DNA of 64,000 nt from Oikopleura dioica (Eukaryota; Animalia; Chordata), in NCBI GenBank assembly GCA_907165135.1, contig OU015566.1, positions 8,928,001-8,992,000 of the forward strand. The letters are read 5' to 3'. Made by a program: the position numbers and the translations under genes. Below are positions 1 to 10,928 of the stretch, one piece after another (within the stretch, counting starts at the first letter, position 1; every line of letters begins with the position of its first letter). The notes under the pieces were generated by a model that made no database searches, had not been told where the DNA came from, and saw only the letters and a list, made by a program, of their open reading frames with translations.

Positions 1-570
1 TCTCATAAAAAGAACTCTGCCAAGTTCAGATTGTGAACTTTTGTTTGAATCAATAAATAATATGTTAAAAATAACTGATATAAAAATTTTCGATCGATAC
101 TGTCGTTTGCCTGTAAAAAAAAAACTTAACTGAAATTTCAAAGAATCAAAGAAACGGTCTACTTTGGATAGTGCGCGGCTATAAATGTCAACCCTTATTT
201 TTGGTCTCTCATCCCACGATTGGCGTCTTGAAAGAGCGAAGTTGCCCTGGCGGCGTGCCCAGCGCTGTCGGCGACGTCCACCCTCCGTGTGATTGATAAC
301 TTTGATTGGGAAGGCTCTGGCTTTGTGGCGTGTGCCCGAAATCAGGCTGCCCGCTGCGAGCCCAGGGCGATTGTGCCCTTTTCACCACATTTTTAAACCT
401 CGGGCCGGCACATATTTCCACCAAAAACACAGCTCATAAGCCAGTTAGAGATTTGTACAGATCCGAATTAAGACAAACTTGATTTTTCATGCAGACTTGA
501 ACCTTTGCATTTATACTTTATGTAACCATTTCAAAGAGAGTGAGAGAACCTTGTTTGAAAATTTTAAATA

Positions 571-1336
571 CCGTGGTTTTCCATTTTAAGAGCGTTTTTT
601 AGATGACAGGGTTTGCTTAAAACGCTCTTAAATTGGAAATTTTTCTATCGATATAGGACGACAGTGGTTATTTTCATTTTTCAGGGAATTTCGAAAGTAT
701 GAAACAGAAAAGATCTAGAAGCAAAAGTAATTGTATATCAAGATGAGAACGTGAGTGATTTTTTCAGGATTTTGCTCGAGCGCTTTTTCTTAATCTGATC
801 TCTTTCATTCTTCAAAATTTAAACAACGAAAATGCCAGGAGAAGAAAAGAAAAACACATGTCTTTGGCTTAGAAGAAAAAATATGCGCAGATTCTGGTGA
901 AGGCTCAAAAAGAAAGGATGGGAGAAAGACTGTCATGGAGATCTAATAGATAATCCGAAGGAAAATGATGGGGAAGACATGCCTCAGGGTACATTTTCTA
1001 GCCTTTGTAGGAATAGGTAAATTAAATATCTAGGAATCAGATTAAAAGCAAAAGAGCTCCGACCCTGATGGTCCGTCGGCGATGGAGATTGAAGAAGAAC
1101 CTCAAGTTCAAATGACAGAAGGAGCCGACACTGCCAAACCATTGACTTTAAAATGGCCGGAAAAGCAGTCAGAGATTACACGTTTTAGTTAATGATTTAT
1201 TTGAGTCTAAAAATTTTTTGATTGCATAAAAATCTTCAAAAACGCTCTTAAATTGGAATTTTCGCAGATAACATAATTTGCAAAATGTTGGCGAAAACGC
1301 TCTTAAATTGGGCGCTCTTAAAATGGAAAACCACGG
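571..1336. mobile_element. Non-autonomous Tc1/mariner-type (Tc2/pogo-like CCGT end) TIR element
   Basis: Perfect 24-bp TIRs ccgtggttttccattttaagagcg (571-594) and its reverse complement (1313-1336), flanked by TA on both sides (569-570, 1337-1338). Subterminal motif aaaacgctcttaaattgg recurs at about 619, 1239 and 1294. No transposase ORF. Confidence 0.85.
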
Positions 1337-1901
1337 TAACTACGGAATTCAAAATTCTTTCTAGATAGGTAAGATTCCTTTGTGTTTGTTCTGCCGGGGT
1401 CAAAAAGCGCCCGGTCCCTTCGCGGCAAAGCTGACCATCCCAAGGGCAGTGAGTCCCCCTTGGGAGGGTTAGGGAGATATGAGCAAAACGAATCTTCTTC
1501 TAGGTAGATGTTAATTAAGTTTTCCCCTAAACGACTGAAGAGAACGCCGAGTAAACTGGTCAACTATGAGAGAGAATCTGAAATTTTGAAAATACGAGAG
1601 TGAAATGTTCGGTGATTGTCCAAACGCAATTAGTAGACGAAAGAGAAACAGATTGACGTTTGGCCAATCGGCCTAAATAACTCTAAACTCGACGATATGC
1701 TTCGTGAAGACATTATTCACAGTTTCAAGAAATGGTTGTTATTTATAGAAATTGTTACTCACGTGCTTTCGATAAAAATATTCTCCAAGTCATAAAATTG
1801 GCACTTTAGGTGTCTCATAGAAGACTGTCAAAACGTCTTCGTTAACGCACTTACTCATGTGATTTGACATTTTTTCTGACGCGAATGGATTTAAACTGCG
1901 C

Positions 1902-1937
1902 TATAAAACAAGGTTGCCCTATCCATTCGTTTCAGTT
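1902..1937 (+). promoter_or_regulatory. TATA box plus Inr-like core promoter of the 80-aa secreted ORF
   Basis: TATAAAA at 1902-1908 and TCAGTT at 1932-1937 (32 nt from TATA start to the Inr A), 16 nt before the ATG at 1953. Confidence 0.5.
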
Positions 1938-1952
1938 ACAAATAGTAAGTCA

Positions 1953-2195
1953 ATGAATTTTAAAGTCGTTTTTCTGGTTTTGCTCGAATCTGTCCTTGCG
2001 AGATCGCGAGGAAACAGTTTTGCTGAGTACAGACGAATGCTTACAAAAATGAACATGCCAATCAACGTCGTCAAGTATCCAGGCTCTTATCAGTCGACGG
2101 CAGGAGATGGGAGTTACGTACCGAAGGGAAACAACTTCGTCAGAAATTACCGCCTAAATGCATACCGCCAACGAATGTACAATGGATACAATTGA
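1953..2195 (+). CDS. Small secreted protein, 80 aa, Tyr/Asn/Arg-rich, single exon
   Basis: MNFKVVFLVLLESVLA reads as a signal peptide, followed by RSRGNSF...YRQRMYNGYN*; TATA/Inr immediately upstream. No recognised family. Confidence 0.6.
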   Translation: MNFKVVFLVLLESVLARSRGNSFAEYRRMLTKMNMPINVVKYPGSYQSTAGDGSYVPKGNNFVRNYRLNAYRQRMYNGYN

Positions 2196-2467
2196 AAATG
2201 ATTTCTTTATCAAAAGTTCTAAAGTTCAGTATACCATCTGTAGTTTGCATAAATCCATAGAATGTCCATACCACCATCTTCCCTAAATAAATACAAAAAC
2301 AAAACAACTTCACGTAGAAAAGCCTTTTTAAAAAGTCTGTCCTGGTCCTCAAGATTACACGAAAGTCCAACTGTGTGATGCTTGACTTTTTTCGGAAAGA
2401 GAGATTACTAGTAGTTTCTTCAAGACCAACGTGAAGTTATGAGTTACTGCTGAGAATAAAAGTTTAA

Positions 2468-2796
2468 GGACCCTCCCCCCCTCAAATTTTCCTCAAAAAG
2501 TCGAAAATTTCAAAAAAGCCAAATTTTGGCTTCTTAGTGTGCCTAGAACTTCAATTCATCATAAAAACTTTTTCGGTGCACTTTTTGACCAATAAAAATC
2601 TGTAATTTTAGCTAAATTGGGACTTTGGGACAATTTTAGTCAAAAAATCATATTTTCAAACGCGATTTTGAGGGTGTTAGAGCCGAGATAGACACCGTAA
2701 AAATAAAACCTCAAAATCGTTTTTGACCTGTAGAGTCCGGGGTCAAAATTTTGAAATTCCGAAAATAGATTTTTCGAAAATTGTTGACGGGGGTCC
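2468..2796. mobile_element. Putative MITE with TTAA target site and GGACCC termini (Kolobok-like signature)
   Basis: TTAA|GGACCC at 2464-2473 and GGGTCC|TTAA at 2791-2800, with further imperfect inverted match (aattttc). The perfect TIR is only 6 bp. Confidence 0.45.
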
Positions 2797-4313
2797 TTAA
2801 ATATGAATAAAATGATAGAAAACTTGTGACTAGTTCGCAACACGTTTGAGTTAGAAATATTGAGGCCAATTTTGACACTATCAGCTTATTCTAGCGCGAG
2901 CTTGCTCTCTAAAACCGATCGATCTGCCGGCTGATGCTTCCTGGGACAAGAATGATGACCGTTATTATCGAACACATAGACGTTTTTTAGTTAATTTGAA
3001 TCTATGTAGAAAAAACATAGTTTTTTAAAAAAAATTCTTTTCTTTTTTGGAAAAAAATTTTCAGTGATTGCTAGTGGGAAGAAACTAATTCTTTATATTT
3101 TGTAAAAGTTTTTTTGTAAAATTTGTTTGTCCAGGACTAGTAGGGAGAAGGAATTTCAGTAATTTCTATCTTTTAATCCGAAAAGCCTTTATATTTTGGT
3201 TTTCCATGCTTTTAATAACAACGAAACCCTTGGAAAAATCTCGAACGCGTTGCGCACAATCATGACTCCGCGCGCTTTCGGCGATAGCGCCGCCGCTCAG
3301 AGCGCCACCTCGCGATACGCGCCCCGTCCATGGAAGATTTCTCTCTTCGGAAGAGCAGAACGACGATTCTGATCCAGCTGCTAACGTAAGTACCCGGGAA
3401 TTCTGCTGCAGAAGAAAAGAGAGATGTCCTTTTTGAGAGATAAAACATGAGAGCTGAGAAACTGATTATTTTTAGTTTCGTTGATTTTAATATTTTTGTT
3501 TTTTTATTTTTGTTTCTTTAGTTTTTCTTCAAATCAAGCAATTTTTTTTTCGTTTTATAAATTATATTATTAATGATAATGATCCCTTTTGATATGATAC
3601 ATTACTTTTTGCATGAAACATATTTTTCAGCTGATTTTCTTCATAAAAGTTTCTAAGTAGTTTTAACTGACCGTTTTCTTCCTTTTAAGCACGAGTTTCG
3701 TAAATCAAAACTGAAATCTGATTGCTTTCGATGAGATTCCACCGACTGGCAGCAAATGTTACTCACGATTGTTGTTTCCACAACGGGCCAAGTCTATTAG
3801 ACTAATACTGGGCGTACCGGTTAATCCCAATCTGGGCCTACTAAAAACAATGTCCACCGGTTGATTCTAGGAAAAGGCTATTTCTGCGAAAATTACGTTA
3901 ATTTATTGCAACTAACATAACAAAATTTCGTAAATTTTCTCGGTCATAATTTTTCAGTTGTTTATTGAACTTTCGCTTCTTGTTTGCTTGTTTCGGGATT
4001 CAGACTTTTTCGTTCATTTTCAGAAACAAGAACGGAATTTTAATTTGGTGAAATTCGGGGTTTCACTGTAATAGATTGGTGATATAATGAGCACCGTAAA
4101 ACTGGGAGCTGTGCGTTACAAGATTTCGCGAAAGAAAGGAAGTAAGGCATTGTGGGTTACTGCTGGCATTTCCTTGCTTGGTTCAATTGTCATTCCGTAC
4201 CCGTTTGATAATGCACAGCAGAAATGTGAATCACAGCTAGTTAATTACTTCCGGTTCAACTACCTTTCGGAATCTACATGTCAACTCGCAACCCTTTTCA
4301 ATAGATAAGACTT

Positions 4314-4958
4314 GATAATTTCAAAAAAATTTTTGCGGGTCTGAAAATCGTAAAAATTCTGAAAGTGCAGTTTTCTTCAGCTTGTTGAGACGAGTCGAAT
4401 GGTGGGTCAAACTCTTGATAACTCCAAGGATTGACCGGTTAACCGGCTTGTTACCGGAAAATACGTTTCCGCTCGCCGTTTTTGTTCTAGAAATGCTAGG
4501 ATGATGAATGAACCCGGAAACTGATCCTTATGGTCAGTACTACTGTGGGCAAAAAGATATTGGTCAAATATATAGCGAAACTTTTTTTAACGATAAAAAT
4601 TCTAAATTTTGTATGTATTTCGTTGTTGCTGCACCTTCCTAATTTTCGGTCCCATTTTCATAAGAAAATAGAATTTTGGTGATAAGCATCTTATGGTTAG
4701 AGATATGATTCTCATTTTTTCACCCACAGAAAAACTAACTTCAAGGACCAGTTTCCCGCTTTTTTTGTCATTCTAGCATTTCTAGAACAAAAACGGCGAC
4801 CGGAAATGTATTTTCCGGGAAATTGCCGGCTAACCGGTTAATCATTGGAGTCATCAAAAATTTGACCCATCATTCGACTCGTCTCGACGAGCTCAAGAAA
4901 ACTGCACTTTCAGATTTTTTATGATTTCCGGACCCGCAAAAATTTTTTTGAAATTATC
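4314..4958. mobile_element. Long-TIR (foldback/MITE) element
   Basis: Inverted arms at about 4314-4529 and 4743-4958; the outer 28 bp (gataatttcaaaaaaatttttgcgggtc) are a perfect inverted match and the rest match with scattered mismatches. ACTT flanks both ends (4310-4313, 4959-4962) as a possible 4-bp TSD. Confidence 0.8.
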
Positions 4959-6898
4959 ACTTGACGAGATCTTCGACATTTTATTTTTGTAAAATGAAAA
5001 TTTTTGTAATTTTGAATTTTTTTGCTTTTATGTTAACCGGTTCGTTAATTGATGAATTCTTATATCAACACGAGTCTGTAGTCGATTTTCCAGCAATAGC
5101 GCTGCGTTGTAGGTGATTTGGCGTCGATTTGACACCACCAAACGCAATAATTTGGATAATGGCGCACGCTAAACTACAACCTTTTCTGGGTCTAAACTGA
5201 AATTATGACGAACTCGAGGAAAGGAGTGCTTTCTCACAGAGCTCTAAGCTCGTTAGCTGGAGCCTTCAAAGTAAGAATCGTGGACTCATGAGTAATTATC
5301 GAAACAGCTGAGTTTACATTTAGATACCCGCTTCTTCGTTGGACTCGTCAAAACCACAAAGCTTTTTCTTAATCGTTATCAGAAGAACCTCCAGCTATGA
5401 AGCATAAATAAACGCTTGCTTGGTATTCGAGGGTCATCCAATTTTGATAAACCAATCGAGTTTTTCAGAAACACCATTTAAAACGGACAATTTATGAGTT
5501 TATTTACTGAAAAGCTCATCCACATAAACCCCCTTCCTCGTTGCGTCAGAGGGACAAGAAAAAGTGAGCGATAACTTTTGAAACTTTGAAAATGACATTT
5601 GGACTGAGCTGTAAGCGCTTGTTACAGGGGACCGCTGCGTGTTCCTGCTGTGAGGGGCGGATAAAGAATGCGCTTGAAGCTTTCTTTTCAGTCCATTGAT
5701 CGCAATTTCTTTACCGCGTTTTCTTCATTAGCGTCGGATTCGAGGTTAAATTCAAACTCACTCTCTTTTTGACTAGCTTGCACTTTGTGAGCTTTCTTGA
5801 AGAAGAAACGGGAACACTTTTATTTGAATGACTTGAATGATTTAATCAGCACTTTTGGCGGATTTTGGAAAACAGCCGAGCGCAGTGTTCACGTTTGCCA
5901 GCTCACACGAGCGGGAAGCTTCCTAACTCTCGCACTATGGAACGGAAACGTGTTTCGGACGCGTCTCTTGTAGCCATCATAACATATCCAGTACCATATC
6001 TCGTACTCTCGGCCTTCTGACATCATTCAATCCCACATCATATACGATTTATATTCTTTGTTATTCTTTCTATGAGTTTTTATCAAGTTCTAGCTAGACT
6101 TTTTAGCGTTTTTAATCAGTTATTTTTTGCTTGATAGATTTTTACCAGACAATCTCTTTTCGGCTATCTGCCCCTCTAAAATAAAGTTAACTCCGTTCAA
6201 CTAAAGAAAATCAACATTTTTTCAAAAGTTCAACTCGCACTGATCTAACCGTTATTATTCTGACTAGTCTTCCATCCGGCTCAACCAGCGGCCTCTTATA
6301 AAGACTAAGGATAAACAGGTTAAGAAAGCATCCCATCGGGAAACGAAAACTTTCTAGTGATCTACCTGGTTTTGATATTTCGCGAATCTCTAAAGTGAAT
6401 TATTGTTGATTCTTGGGGCAAACAGTTTACATTGAAAAATTATCGCTATCGTGATTTTGCTTACCGCATTAATTGCATGCCGCCACGCAAAGCAAAATGA
6501 CTCAATTTTCAATCGACAATTAATTTCAACAAAACACAGTTTTGTTGGAATTTCTGAATGTATTCTGACTCGGAAACCATAAACAAACCGCATGCGTATT
6601 CGAAGAACCAAATAATTGAATAAATCACCCGCCAGATTTTAAGGGGATCCAGGTCAGCCGATACATTCAGCTCTTACTCGAAGTGCCATCTTGGTACCCT
6701 TTCGAAATTTGATTCAAAGCGTGCCTCCAAATCTAATTTTCTTCCACATGAGCATAAACACAAATGTATTTTTTTTTGTTGTGCGCGGGTTAAAAAAAAA
6801 CCGTATCTCGGGCTCAATCGAATTGAATGACCAGATGAGATTCAACTAAAATTGCATTTATTATGTTCATCAGTCGAATAATTGAGTGCTCTCATTGA

Positions 6899-8906
6899 TC
6901 AATTAACAGCGTCAGGCTGGACTGAGGGATGAGCAGCTTTGAGCTCTTCTAGTGATTCGAGACGGTCAGCGACCTCGCAGATCCTGGGAAAATTGCTCAT
7001 TTCAACCCCAAATCGCTTCGCATTGTAAACTTGTGGAACCAAGCACAAATCTAAAGTTACTTGTGAAATCGTGAACTACTAGAATGAAAAATAATTTTAA
7101 TAGTTTGGCATTAATCCAAGCGCTAGTGACGAGATGCTGCGTGTTTACAAGTTCGCAGTAGGTCATCATGATGATGGAACACTTTGAACTTTTTTGCATT
7201 GTTTCTAAAGTCGACGCTCAACCAAGTTTGGGATATGTAATTGGCCTACTTTGTAGTTGATAGCGATAACGAATCCGACCAAAGTTAGATAAGAAAAAAT
7301 CAGAATCACAAAATGCGGGGCACAAGTGCTCCCAAGCCCGTGATTAAACCTCTTTAGAAAACTTCTCTATTTTTAACGGAACGGACAGGCTGCGGACAGA
7401 TGATAAGCACTGAAAGCGATAAGAGTAGGCTAACACTAACCTGCCACGGTGATTGCATCACCCGCAGAGAATTTCCATTCTGAACATGATGATTTTCTTT
7501 TATCGCGTCTCGGAGTTCCATCAAACCTGGCTTCATGGCTTTTTCTACGGCTTTGAATCCTTCTGTAATTACTGTCCGGCCCCATTCTAGCTTGTCGGCT
7601 CTAAAATAAACCTTCAAGTTGAAACCAGTCATCGGATAATTACCCAAGAGCAATGACCTTCTTGAGAACAGCGAAATTTTGAACAGGCTGAATGCCAGAT
7701 CTTATTTCAGACTCAATTGATGCCATTAAAGACGTTGTAAATAATTTTCAGGTGCGATAATTTTGAGCCTTTTCAATCATGTTCGCGATCTCACGTGCTC
7801 TGAAGGCGTCCTCGGCGTCTTCTGGGATGAGTCTCGGAGCGTCTTGATATACTTTGATATGGTTTTTTGTCACGTGGATGTTCCGCATCTTTTCTTGAAA
7901 GAAACCGTTGCAGGGGAAGTACCTTATCCTAACGGAAGATTTACTTTTATTTCCATAACCATTTCTAAGCCAGCCTCATATACGTAAACAACTCCTCCGA
8001 TCTCCCGCCGAGAAGTACAAAAACCCTTATCGGCAGCGAAATAGCTCCTAATCCCACTTGAATCTAAAAAAGCCTAGCTGGTCAGTTTACTATTTCAGCG
8101 GGTGTTCAATCCCCTGAGAGGTCACTTGGAACGCGTCATTTTTAACCACAACTAGAAAACAGCCAAAATTTTTGCTTGATTGAGAGAACTTTGACTTTTT
8201 TGGTTAAACGGGATGAAAAGGTCAAAACAACCATGGCTTGGTCCAGATATTCGATGATTGCCAGACTTTGAGTTAGCTTTTTGGCGCTTTATATTTGTTG
8301 TTTATTGGTACTACCGCTGATACTGTTTTATAAAAAGAATTTCTCGTAGATTTCGTGGAAAATTTCAAACGTGACTCAAAACGTAACAATATCATCAGCC
8401 CAAAACTGGCCCGTTGCCCTAAATGACTATAAATAAAGGCGTGAGCGCTCAATCCTGAATTTTTCGACCATCCGATTTCTCAATGACCAGCGTCGGCACC
8501 TGCCCCATCCCGTTCAATTCGGCTTAAAATTCAAGTCAACCTTGTGTTTATGTGCGACTGTTTACATTTGTATTCGTCTTCCAACTGCTCCGATTTGAGG
8601 AGGTTCACGGCTTTGTAATCATAGTCCAAATTCTTGAGCGCTTTTAGTGGATTCCAGAAGAGCATTCCTAGGTGCACTAAATTGTCAAGCGGGAAGACAC
8701 TTAACAGCCGCTTTGAACACGTTTTTAAGGCATTCTTAATGCACCTAATTGAACTTTTTGGCATTTCTACGAAGTTTTTCGAAGAATTTTAGTTACCCAT
8801 TCTGCCGGTAGTCCCTTAACATTCTGGAATCCAACGCTAAAGCTATTCGAACTCGCCAAGAGCAACTGGATCTCCAATACGAGTAGAGCGTAAACTTGTC
8901 CGCCAT
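6899..8906 (-). CDS. GSTZ1: Glutathione S-transferase zeta / maleylacetoacetate isomerase, multi-exon
   Basis: Manual splicing gives MADKFTLYSYWRSSCSWRVRIALA, LDYDYKAVNLLK, LNGMGQVPTLVI, LTQSLAIIEYLD, PRLIPED, SGIQPVQNFAVL, KFSAGDAITVA and HPSVQPDAVN*. The SSCSWRVRIAL and QPD motifs are diagnostic of zeta-class GST. Several exon junctions are unresolved. Confidence 0.9.
8648..8833. repeat. 186-bp segment bounded by 12-bp perfect inverted repeats, filling GSTZ1 intron 1
   Basis: tggattccagaa (8648-8659) and ttctggaatcca (8822-8833). Confidence 0.65.
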
Positions 8907-10928
8907 TATCTCTCACTTTTTATATAAATATATACTTCTACACGTAACGTAATTTCGCCTGCCAGCGACCTTGTTTGAGTCGTTAAGGGGGTGGAGTCAA
9001 TTAAATTTATTGTACTTTTCGCAATCTCGATTTTCCTAATTCATAAAAAGCGGAAGATATGAAGGTTTATCTCTCAAATTTTGATTCGAAATGAACCTGA
9101 GGAAAAAATTCTAACTTTTGCTCCTTAATTATCAAAGTATTCAAAGATTTTTCCAATAAAAAATAAGGGTTTGCGATCAAAAATGAACTTGAAAAGTGAA
9201 ATGTCCAAAATAGGCGTAGTCGCTTATCTTACGCTAATGAAAACTAACAAATTAAAAAGCTGCCGTTTGAAACGAAAACGGATTATATTGAATCCAACTC
9301 GCCACTGGGATAACGCAAAACGAAAAACATACTTTTAGTTTAGACGCTATTTTGGGCCCGTTGCGGGGAAAGCCCGGCGTAGCGCTAAACCGGAATATAA
9401 AAATTATTTAAATTTTTAAGAAGCCCAACTCTCTTAAAAATCCTCTTGCTCTCTCTCTCTTCTCTCCTTTTGACTGTATTATAACATGATTATTTTTTAG
9501 GCACACACGAACCCGCACTTGAAAATCTCGATTTCTACGAACCCTCGTTTCGCGTATTTCAACCTCGCCAGATTTAAATTTCTTGATTCTTTCTTCTTCA
9601 ATTCGCCACTTGGCGATTCAAAAATTATAGACAGCTTTTGAATAAGTCCCTTTTCGTTAAAAGTCTAAGCACAGTTTGACAATAGAAATTCCTGGCGTGG
9701 AAGAAATTGTTTAGAAAAGAAATAGTGCCGTCCCTTTTTCGTCTTCGGTGCGAGTGAGATATCTCCGCCAAAAGCAAGCAGCTTGGATCAATTTTTTTTG
9801 ATATATTGATTCCTATTTTTGAGGATAAAAATTTATATTGGTTTCTATTCTTTGTAAATCTTTAATCGACGATACCCTTAAGCTCTCATTAGAGAGGGTA
9901 ATCCAACGCATCACAGGTTTTTATACAGTATATTTCGTGACAAACGTCGGTCATAGTTTTATATACAGTTTGGCCGGTTAGATAGGTTTAGTTTAATCAA
10001 AGTTTATACAGTCAGGTTAATTTGGACCACGTTTGTCATTTTGTCCAAGTCTTACAAATCACTTGAGTGATTTTTGACGGAACCTTGCGGTGGACAGTTA
10101 AAACCAGGAAACTCTCGTTTCTTGTTTTCAAATTTTCGCAACGTCAAATATTCCCCGCTTTCAAGAATAACGCCTTCTCATTTCAGTTCATAGGTAAAGT
10201 ATTTATCAAAGCAAATCTTTGTTTCCTCAAAAGTTTATTTTTGCCTGTTGGAAATTTTATTAACTGTTTTTAGTCACGGGTATCAACAATGCAATTAATT
10301 TGAGTAAGCTCAAAAATTTTTTGAATTTTGAATTCGAATTATTTTTATAAGCGTTGAAAAAAATAATTAACTCGTTTGAATACCCCTTAACATCCAGGAA
10401 GGGATTGAAAATTTTTAATGAAATGATAAATTTGATGATTCAATTTTGATGCATCAATATTGTAATAATATGATTTTCGGGTTATTATTACCAGGAAAGG
10501 GTTAATTCATCGCAAAGAGTTCCTTTTATATTTGTTCTATTTCCTTATAAAATATTGAAAACTCAAAGGAAACGGGTTAGAAGACTCTAAATTGCATCAG
10601 TTTTTTTTTGTATTTTTTCCGTATTCAACTGCGAAATTGATGATTCCGCAGAATCACAGGAAAGGTTCAAAATCGTGGATTACCGCTGTAACCTCGCTGA
10701 AAATAGCGGCACAGGTCTAAGACAAACTCGAAAAGCGCATATTGAACCTTGGTCTATTCTTCCTAACCACAACAGGTCCGGTTGACACATTTATATCACT
10801 TCAACTAAAACAAAGATCTTAAAAAAAGAGGGAGAGTGGCTAAGTAACCTAACTGTTGTCAACCAGAACAGCGTCAAAATGACCCCAGCATGGCCGTGTT
10901 TCCATCCCTTTTCATTCACAAACGAAAG

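Noticed and set aside
208-216. CTCATCCCA resembles the start of the Oikopleura spliced leader as I remember it
   Set aside because: Only 9 nt match and the following sequence diverges; no donor or Sm site. Chance match.
306-350. GGGAAGGCTCTG and AAATCAGGCT resemble RNase P CR-I and CR-V motifs
   Set aside because: The motifs are only about 25 nt apart, far too close for an RNase P or MRP RNA.
3240-3448. GC-rich patch with short ORFs on both strands and a gtaagt donor
   Set aside because: No recognisable product and no consistent downstream exon could be built.
5040-6010. Exon-like fragments, including an NPPKVLI motif reminiscent of ubiquitin-specific proteases
   Set aside because: Frames are interrupted by stops, and I could not assemble a phase-consistent model or find other USP motifs.
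8070-8130. gttcaatccc resembles a tRNA T-loop / B box
   Set aside because: No cloverleaf or acceptor stem can be formed; it lies in a GSTZ1 intron.
9340-9392. GC-rich hairpin similar to a Helitron 3' palindrome
   Set aside because: No CTRR terminus at the expected distance and no matching 5' TC end identified.
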